IMG/VR virus record: IMGVR_UViG_3300014561_000002
DNA from: a virus
Length of the DNA: 37,141 nt
Reading direction: 5' to 3' (one strand)
Both the position numbers and the translations under genes were made by a program. Position 1 is the stretch's first letter; every line of letters begins with the position of its first letter. The notes below the pieces were generated by a model. The model made no database searches. It was given only the letters and a program-made list of their open reading frames with translations, and was not told where the DNA came from. This document shows positions 32,220 through 37,141 of the stretch, piece by piece.

Positions 32220-32253
32220 CAAGGAGCTCCCCGCCGGGTGCTCCTTGTTTTAT
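32220..32253 (+). terminator. Terminator after toxN
   Basis: CAAGGAGC (32220..32227) pairs with GCTCCTTG (32240..32247), followed by TTTTAT. Confidence 0.65.
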
Positions 32254-32292
32254 AAACGCACAACCCCCTCCAACTGTTTCCAGCCGGAGGGG
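32254..32292 (+). repeat. Cassette-boundary repeat, copy B (hairpin CCCCTCC...GGAGGGG)
   Basis: AAACGCACAACCCCCTCCAACTGTTTCCAGCCGGAGGGG is 36/39 identical to copy C. It sits between the convergent toxN and GNAT-like genes, so it could act as a bidirectional terminator. Confidence 0.8.
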
Positions 32293-32342
32293 CAAACAAA
32301 AAGCCCGCCAAGGTATGCCTGGCAGGCCACATGGAACTACAA

Positions 32343-32966
32343 TCAATCACCCAGATATTTCAAAAGCTGCACCAAATACTGGCCGGATTGCCGGTCTCGC
32401 TCATCTCGGTCAAGATCCCGTTTGCCGAAGATCACAAAGCCATTGTCTCCGTAAAAATTGAGCAGCGCGTCTTTGTCCTCGCATTCCAGATACACAAACT
32501 TGCCGCCCAGCACCGCCTGGATCGCGCGCACCTTATCAGTCGCCAGCTTCAACAGCACGTCGCCCGGAATCAGGTTGTCGTATCCGTTGGCAAAATTTTT
32601 GCCAAGCTGACCAATCAGAGGTGCTGAGATCATGTAATTGTCCGTCATAGAGCGTCGCGCATCCCTTGCCATTGCAAAACGATTCACTTTCTTTGCAACA
32701 TTTTTACTAATGTTCTTGCGTGGAATTTCGAGCACTTTGTTTGACAGTGTAAAATATCCCACCAGCACTGGTTTGTCTTTGTAAGATGTCACCACCAGCT
32801 GCGTCTGGGCAATTCCCTGCCTGGCAAATTCAATGGCCTTGCAATGCAGAAAAAACTCCACGTCCTTATTCAGCGGACAAGAAAACTCGGAAAGGATCTC
32901 CTTTGTTCGACCCTCTCCGAGTTCTTGGATCATATCTTTTAGGTTAACTAATCCGTATCCTGTCAT
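32343..32966 (-). CDS. GNAT-fold acetyltransferase-like protein, TacT/AtaT-type toxin candidate (207 aa)
   Basis: The pattern FSCPLNKDVEFFLHCKAIEFARQGIAQTQLVV...VLVGYFTLS...ISAPLIGQLGKNF...GDVLLKLATDKVRAIQAVLGGKFVYLECEDKDALLNFYGDNGF follows the layout of GNAT toxins (F.CG..L..FL...A, LGRLAV..., FY...GF). The acetyl-CoA motif is degenerate. Confidence 0.55.
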   Translation of the reverse strand: MTGYGLVNLKDMIQELGEGRTKEILSEFSCPLNKDVEFFLHCKAIEFARQGIAQTQLVVTSYKDKPVLVGYFTLSNKVLEIPRKNISKNVAKKVNRFAMARDARRSMTDNYMISAPLIGQLGKNFANGYDNLIPGDVLLKLATDKVRAIQAVLGGKFVYLECEDKDALLNFYGDNGFVIFGKRDLDRDERDRQSGQYLVQLLKYLGD

Positions 32967-33136
32967 TTCTTTCCAAACATCTCACGCAGCGCATCGCCCT
33001 TGATCTCATGGACAGTCTTATCCACAACGACATTTTTGCTGCTCTTTCCCTCTGCATTTTCCAATGCTCGTACAAAATTCCGTGCAAGCGGTTTTGAACG
33101 AATCACGACATTCTTTGTAATACTCTTTGTCGCCAT
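32963..33136 (-). CDS. Small protein (57 aa) translationally coupled to the GNAT-like gene; candidate antitoxin
   Basis: Too short for the ORF track. Peptide: MATKSITKNVVIRSKPLARNFVRALENAEGKSSKNVVVDKTVHEIKGDALREMFGKK. GAAGGAGG lies 8 nt before the ATG at 33136. Its stop overlaps the next ATG (ATGA). Confidence 0.55.
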   Translation of the reverse strand: MATKSITKNVVIRSKPLARNFVRALENAEGKSSKNVVVDKTVHEIKGDALREMFGKK

Positions 33137-33186
33137 CAAAAAGACCTCCTTCTTTTTGAAAGTGCAAAGCTATACCTTGCATCTTC

Positions 33187-33215
33187 ATTATATGCAATCC
33201 AGCCCCCTTTGTAAA
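33187..33215 (-). promoter_or_regulatory. Promoter of the 57-aa/GNAT operon: TTTACA-17-TATAAT
   Basis: Read on the minus strand, the -35 is at 33215..33210 and the -10 at 33192..33187, about 50 nt upstream of the start codon. Confidence 0.55.
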
Positions 33216-33240
33216 GCCGCCTGTGCAACTTTCATGTAAA

Positions 33241-33279
33241 AAACGCACAAACCCCTCCAGCCGTTTCCAGCCGGAGGGG
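33241..33279 (+). repeat. Cassette-boundary repeat, copy C
   Basis: AAACGCACAAACCCCTCCAGCCGTTTCCAGCCGGAGGGG, a direct repeat of copy B lying 987 bp away. Confidence 0.8.
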
Positions 33280-33385
33280 TCTGCCCCGTCGTCAAAAGGT
33301 AAGGATAAAAAAGCAAGAAGGTTTCTTTCCATGCGTCGCCTGCCCTTACAGCATAGCACGCTTTTTGGATATGGGCAAGCAAAAG

Positions 33386-33415
33386 CCCCGGCGCTGGTAC
33401 GATGCAGCGCCGGGG
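33386..33415. repeat. Perfect 11-bp inverted repeat (CCCCGGCGCTG-8 nt-CAGCGCCGGGG), flanked by 10-bp direct repeats
   Basis: Read directly from the sequence. ATATGGGCAA occurs at 33369..33378 and 33491..33500. On the minus strand the hairpin is followed by CTTTTGCTTG. It may be a terminator and/or part of attP. Confidence 0.6.
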
Positions 33416-33524
33416 ATAACATGGAGTGCAGCACAAAACCGGACAAAGAAAATTTTATGCTTGCAGGGGTCAGTATATCACACTCCCTGCATATGGGCAA
33501 ACCGCCCGGAAAGGAAGTGTTATC

Positions 33525-35135
33525 ATGCCCCGCAAAAAAGCTCCTGCGGCCGAAGCGCCGCGCCTGGTGGCTTACTACCGCTACTCTGGCGGCAGCCGTC
33601 AGACCGAGCAGAGCATCGAGGGCCAGCGTCGGGACTGCGAGGCCTACGCCCGCGCCCACGGCATGACCATCCTGCGCGAGTATGTAGACCGCCATATCAG
33701 CGGCAAAACCGATGACCGCCCTGCCTTCCAGCAGCTGGTGGCCGACAGTGCGGCGCACACCTTTGACGCCGTGATCTGCTGGAAAACCGACCGCCTGGCC
33801 CGCAACCGCTACGACAGCGCCGTCTATAAGAAAAAGCTCCGGGACAACGGTGTGGAGATCCTCTATGCCGCCGAGAGCAACATCTCCGGTGCCGAGGGCA
33901 TCATCATTGAGGGCCTGATGGAAGCTCTGGCTGAGTATTACAGCGCCGAGCTGGCCGAAAAAGCCCGCCGTGGCATGCGGGAATCTGCCCTCAAGGGCAA
34001 GGCCTTGGGCAGCTCCCGCCCGCTGGGCCTCACCGTGGACGCCGACAAGCACTATGTCATTGAGCCCAAAGGTGCCGAGGCCGTCCGGTATATCTTCGAG
34101 CAGTACGCCGCCGGGCTGTCCTCCTCCTCCATCGTGGAGCGTCTGAACGCCATGGGCCTGCGCACCAGCCACGGCGGCCCGTTCAATAAAAGCAGCATCA
34201 ACCGCATCATCCAGAACGAGATGTACCGCGGCGTTTACGTCAGTAAAAAGTTTGATGTCCGCATCGAGGGCGCGATCCCGGCCATCATCGACAATGATCT
34301 ATGGGAAAGGGCACAAAACATGTTTGAACGCAACCGCCAGAGCCGCACCCCGCACGCCTCCCGCGCCGATTATATCCTCTCCGGCAAACTGTATTGCGGA
34401 GAGTGCGGCTGCCTGATGAAGGGCGTCTGCGGCCGCAGCAGCGGCAACGGCCAGATGTACCACTACTACGCCTGCCCCGGCCGCTCCATCGGCCGCGCCT
34501 GCACCCGCAAAAACATCCCGCAGGACGAGCTGGAGGCTATGGTGGTCAACGCCGTCGCCGATCTGCTGCTGGAGCCCGCGCTGCTGGAGCAGATTGCGGA
34601 TGCCATCGTGGAGCTGCAGCAGGCTGAGGCCGCGCGCCCGGATCCGGAGAAGCAGGCGCTGGAAAAATCCCTGTCCGATGTCCGCAGCAAGATTCAGAAC
34701 ATCCTCACTGCCATTGAGAACGGCACCTCCAGCGCCGCCCTCTCTGCCCGCCTTGCCGACCTGGAGCAGCAGGAGAGCACGCTTTCCTATCAGCTCTCTT
34801 CCCTCACCGCCAAAAAGCCTCTCACCTTCACCCGTGACCAGATTTTGTTCCTGCTGCAGCAGTTCCGTGTCTCCCCCTCGGAGCGCACCAAGGCCTACTG
34901 CCGCCGCCTGGTTGATACCTTTGTGGATCACATCGAGCTCACCAACACCGAGCTGATCCTCTATTTCAACATCTCCGACGAAACCATTGATAAAAACAAA
35001 AAAGCTCCCCGGTCGAACCATTCCGAAGAAAGTTCGACCGAGAAGCGTTTGGTCCGCCTTATGTTTCCCCAGTCGAACCTTTCCGTCACCGTCTTTCCTT
35101 CTTATTTTCTTCTTACCCGTCCCCTCTCCCATTAA
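33525..35135 (+). CDS. int: Large serine recombinase (integrase, 536 aa)
   Basis: Resolvase-type N-terminus (VAYYRYSGGSRQTEQSIEGQRRDC...DAVICWKTDRLARN), a recombinase domain, a Cys cluster (LYCGECGCLMKG...YYACPGR) and a C-terminal coiled coil. Start set at ATG 33525. Confidence 0.9.
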   Translation: MPRKKAPAAEAPRLVAYYRYSGGSRQTEQSIEGQRRDCEAYARAHGMTILREYVDRHISGKTDDRPAFQQLVADSAAHTFDAVICWKTDRLARNRYDSAVYKKKLRDNGVEILYAAESNISGAEGIIIEGLMEALAEYYSAELAEKARRGMRESALKGKALGSSRPLGLTVDADKHYVIEPKGAEAVRYIFEQYAAGLSSSSIVERLNAMGLRTSHGGPFNKSSINRIIQNEMYRGVYVSKKFDVRIEGAIPAIIDNDLWERAQNMFERNRQSRTPHASRADYILSGKLYCGECGCLMKGVCGRSSGNGQMYHYYACPGRSIGRACTRKNIPQDELEAMVVNAVADLLLEPALLEQIADAIVELQQAEAARPDPEKQALEKSLSDVRSKIQNILTAIENGTSSAALSARLADLEQQESTLSYQLSSLTAKKPLTFTRDQILFLLQQFRVSPSERTKAYCRRLVDTFVDHIELTNTELILYFNISDETIDKNKKAPRSNHSEESSTEKRLVRLMFPQSNLSVTVFPSYFLLTRPLSH

Positions 35136-35482
35136 CCCCTTCTCACCAGCGCATTGTACAGCATCTCCAAGAACTGCGCCGCGGACGGTGTGCCGGTCAG
35201 TGGGTAGCCTGCCAGCTGTTGCACATGTTCCGGGCTTGTGTTCCATGTGATCTGTGCGGCCCGACGAATCGTGCTCTGAATGGCTGTCCAGTAGCAGTGA
35301 TATTGTTCTGACAGCGGCTCATATACTTCCTTCTGTACAGCCTCCAGCCTGTCCTCCTGCTCATAGATCCGGGCCAGCGCATCCCGCAGAATGCGATAAG
35401 CTCTCATATTACGGGTGATTCCCAGCGGGCGCAAGACGTCGGCCGCCCGGAGTGCAAAGTCGGTCGTTTCAGTCGTAGTCAT
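35132..35482 (-). CDS. Spo0A C-terminal (DNA-binding) domain-like protein without receiver domain (116 aa)
   Basis: LRPLGITRNMRAYRILRDALARIYEQEDRLEAVQKEVYEPLSEQYHCYWTAIQSTIRRAAQITW...QFLEMLYNAL aligns in pattern with B. subtilis Spo0A-C ([24 protein letters not shown]...[32 protein letters not shown]...EFIAMVADKL). Confidence 0.7.
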   Translation of the reverse strand: MTTTETTDFALRAADVLRPLGITRNMRAYRILRDALARIYEQEDRLEAVQKEVYEPLSEQYHCYWTAIQSTIRRAAQITWNTSPEHVQQLAGYPLTGTPSAAQFLEMLYNALVRRG

Positions 35483-35520
35483 TTTTTACACATCCTTCCA
35501 CGCCCACTTTAGCCGAAAAA

Positions 35521-35576
35521 TGTCGGGATGTGTCAATTGCGCCCTAATGTGTCGCAATATGTCGGAATAGGTCGCT
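35521..35576 (+). repeat. Array of 0A-box-like heptamers phased at 10 bp
   Basis: TGTCGGG (35521), TGTCAAT (35531), TGTCGCA (35550), TGTCGGA (35560) and GGTCGCT (35570), against the Spo0A consensus TGNCGAA. TGTCAA at 35531..35536 is also the reverse complement of a TTGACA -35 for the minus-strand gene. Confidence 0.55.
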
Positions 35577-35578
35577 TG

Positions 35579-35619
35579 CAAACAAAAATAGCCCCGGGAA
35601 CCAGATGGTTCCCGGGGCT
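35579..35619 (-). terminator. Rho-independent terminator ending the late/lysis transcript
   Basis: AGCCCCGGGAACC-AGAT-GGTTCCCGGGGCT forms a perfect 13-bp stem, followed on the minus strand by ATTTTTGTTTG. It lies downstream of the last holin gene. Confidence 0.8.
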
Positions 35620-35702
35620 GTTGCTCTATGTAGGCGTACACCCTGCCGCCGCAGCGGCTAAGTTATGCATAGTTGCTTACAAAATGGAAGCACCTGCTGA
35701 GC

Positions 35703-35969
35703 TTAGTGCACGCCCTTCTTCAGCTGCTCCAGATAGCTGTCCGCCGCCAGCGCCTCTTTGGTGAAAGAATTGTTCTCCCACCACGCCCAGATGGCCGCCG
35801 CCGAGGTCAGGCCCGCCGTCACCCACTGCTCCAGCTGTGCGCTGTCAATGGGCAGCAGCGGCTTGCCGCAGGCGCTGAGGATCTGGTTTGCCAGGGCCAG
35901 GCCCAGCACGGCGGTGCGTGCCACGGTGCCGGCGGAAATGTTGTTGTTCTTCGTGATGTGTGCGTTCAT
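35703..35969 (-). CDS. Holin, phi LC3/LL-H-like family (88 aa)
   Basis: Hydrophobic segment TAVLGLALANQIL and the family-typical motif AIWAWWENNSFTKEA. Adjacent to the endolysin. Confidence 0.75.
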   Translation of the reverse strand: MNAHITKNNNISAGTVARTAVLGLALANQILSACGKPLLPIDSAQLEQWVTAGLTSAAAIWAWWENNSFTKEALAADSYLEQLKKGVH

Positions 35970-35971
35970 GT

Positions 35972-36397
35972 TCAGGTTCCTTTCTGCTCTTCCGAGCGCT
36001 GCTTTAAAATGTCCACGGCCTTTGTCAGCGCCGCCGGGATCGGCAGGCCCATCAGGCCGGCATTCTCAACGATGGAAATGGCCTCGTTGCAGATAAAGCC
36101 GATGACCACGGCGTCCCGCACAAAGCTGGTTGCCATCACGGCGTCCAGCCGGCAGGCCACCAGCACGATCAGCAGGGTCTCTCCCTTGCGGATCAGTCCC
36201 TTCCAGCCCGCACGGCTCTCCAGCGCGCCGGTCCGGCTCTTGGGGCTGGCGTGGAATACGCCCGCCACGATCAGGCCGGTCACATAGTCCACGGCCATAA
36301 AGAGGATCAGCGTCTGCAGCGCCGCATCCCAGCCGCCGTACAGGCTGGCAATGGCGGCACCCAGCGCCCCCACGGCCATGCAAAAAGTGTCTTTCAT
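35972..36397 (-). CDS. Holin, Phage_holin_4 / toxin-secretion holin family (141 aa)
   Basis: Multiple TM segments and the motifs VDYVTGLIVAG...SRAGWKGLIRK...NEAISIVENAGLMGLPIP typical of this holin family. Confidence 0.75.
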   Translation of the reverse strand: MKDTFCMAVGALGAAIASLYGGWDAALQTLILFMAVDYVTGLIVAGVFHASPKSRTGALESRAGWKGLIRKGETLLIVLVACRLDAVMATSFVRDAVVIGFICNEAISIVENAGLMGLPIPAALTKAVDILKQRSEEQKGT

Positions 36398-36460
36398 GTT
36401 GCTTCCTCCTTTCGTCTCATTTTCGTTTTAATCGTCTCAAAGCGGTGTGCCGTGAGACGA

Positions 36461-36874
36461 TCAGCCCGTCCAGCGGGATTTATTGGGCCGGGTGTCCACA
36501 TGCACCCAGCCCTTGGTGCGGCCAGCCTTGACCGGGTAGCGGCCCACGCCGCCCCAGTCCGGCATCAGGCTCTCGGCGTATGCGGCCACGGCCTCCACGG
36601 TGGTGTCCGCCACCTGGATGTCCGCTGCCTTGCCCAGCAGGTGCTGGCTGGATTTGGAGCCGCCGACGGCGGTGTTGTGGGTGCCGGTGCGGTAGCCGCT
36701 GGTGATGACCACCGCCTTGCCAAAGTGCTCCCGGATGGCCTGCAGCAGCACCGTGAGGGCCTCGTCCACCATGATGGTGTCGGAGCCGTCCCGGCACCGG
36801 AACTCTCGCACCTTAAAGGCCGGGGCCAGCTGCCTGGCCCCGTCCTTGGCAAGGCTGTACTGTTTGATTGCCAT
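36461..36874 (-). CDS. Endolysin, peptidase M15 (zinc D-Ala-D-Ala carboxypeptidase/L-Ala-D-Glu peptidase-like, 137 aa)
   Basis: EFRCRDGS...VITSGYRTGTHNTAVGGSKSSQHLLGKAADIQV...WVHVD matches the M15 H..D...H metal-ligand layout. Adjacent to the holins. Confidence 0.8.
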   Translation of the reverse strand: MAIKQYSLAKDGARQLAPAFKVREFRCRDGSDTIMVDEALTVLLQAIREHFGKAVVITSGYRTGTHNTAVGGSKSSQHLLGKAADIQVADTTVEAVAAYAESLMPDWGGVGRYPVKAGRTKGWVHVDTRPNKSRWTG

Positions 36875-36878
36875 TTTG

Positions 36879-37046
36879 TCACGTCCTTTCTGTTTCGTCA
36901 GGTTCTTCTGTTTCTTCGTCCTGCTCGGATACTGCGGAGATGCCGTTTGCGGCCAGCAGGGCTTCCACGGTGCTGCGCAGACGGGCGGGCACCTCGTCCA
37001 GCGTCTTGATACCCTTGCGGATCAGGGCTGCATAAATTTTCGCCAT
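36879..37046 (-). CDS. Small protein between tail fibre and endolysin (55 aa)
   Basis: Start moved to the ATG at 37046, with AAGGAGG 7 nt upstream. The ATG shares its A with the TGA stop of the tail fibre gene. Peptide MAKIYAALIRKGIKTLDEVPARLRSTVEALL with an acidic tail. Confidence 0.6.
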   Translation of the reverse strand: MAKIYAALIRKGIKTLDEVPARLRSTVEALLAANGISAVSEQDEETEEPDETERT

Positions 37047-37141
37047 CAATTTTCCTCCTTTTCTTCGTACAGCTCGCACAGGGCCACCTGAAGATCGGTG
37101 ACACTGCTCTCCACGGCGGTCACCTGCGTCAGCAGGTCCGC
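37046..37141 (-). CDS. 3' end of the tail fibre gene (last 31 codons + stop); 37064..37141 duplicates 1..78
   Basis: Same frame as 1..1473. Reads ...ADLLTQVTAVESSVTDLQVALCELYEEKEEN-TGA (stop at 37048..37046). Confidence 0.75.
   Translation of the reverse strand, partial: ADLLTQVTAVESSVTDLQVALCELYEEKEEN
37064..37141. repeat. Terminal overlap copy 2 (identical to 1..78)
   Basis: Base-by-base identity with 1..78. Confidence 0.95.

Larger units (their letters stand above)
1..37141. mobile_element. Complete temperate tailed-phage genome, circularly closed assembly (37,063 bp unique)
   Basis: One window holds the full phage gene set: terS, terL, portal, scaffold, capsid, virion proteins, tail fibre, endolysin, holins, serine integrase, a divergent repressor/Cro switch and an early operon. 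The terminal 78 bp are duplicated, and an ORF reads in frame across the junction. Confidence 0.9.

Noticed and set aside
33018-34172. 384-aa minus-strand ORF overlapping the integrase gene
   Set aside because: Antisense to a well-supported serine recombinase. The composition is Gly/Ala/Val/His-rich. Its 3' end runs through the promoter and small-ORF region in a different frame from the RBS-supported 57-aa gene.
37064-37141. Terminal duplication considered as a genuine phage direct terminal repeat
   Set aside because: It lies inside a coding sequence, and its length is typical of an assembler k-mer overlap. Without read-end data, the simpler reading is circular closure.

Overview
The window is a complete temperate tailed-phage genome from a high-GC Firmicutes/Clostridia-type background. 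It is circularly closed: bases 1..78 are repeated exactly at 37064..37141, giving 37,063 bp of unique sequence. Almost all genes are on the minus strand. The many long plus-strand ORFs in the track are antisense shadows of GC-rich genes.

Gene order, reading the minus strand from high to low coordinates:
- Cro-like regulator and a tightly coupled early operon of small ORFs (29593 to 25250).
- HUH/rolling-circle Rep-like gene.
- Sigma-region-4/ArpU-RinA-like late regulator.
- terS, terL, portal, a Prp-protease::scaffold fusion, and an N4-gp56-type major capsid protein.
- Six virion proteins, including a 3,360-aa polyvalent giant that takes 27% of the genome.
- A tail fibre that reads across the circular junction and is absent from the supplied ORF track.
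- A small protein, an M15 endolysin and two holins.

The plus strand carries the CI-like repressor, an AT-rich cargo island (30.1-33.5 kb) and a large serine integrase. I could not recognise a tail tube, sheath or classical tape-measure gene, so the virion module looks podovirus-like. That is an inference.

Most interesting observations:
1. The cargo island holds a coiled-coil membrane protein, a ToxN/AbiQ type III toxin preceded by a degenerate A-punctuated repeat RNA, and a 57-aa + GNAT-like pair. The cassettes are bounded by a reused ~39-bp hairpin repeat.
2. The giant polyvalent protein has R(F/Y)QL(A/H)E junction motifs that exactly bracket an AT-rich, apparently imported domain.
3. A phage-encoded Prp cysteine protease is fused to the scaffold, and L27-like NLQxFA cleavage motifs sit on both scaffold and capsid.
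4. A 44-nt element conserved upstream of both late transcription units.
5. A Spo0A-C-domain-only protein sits next to a 10-bp-phased array of 0A-box-like heptamers.

All functional calls rest on motif recognition by eye. No database searches were run.
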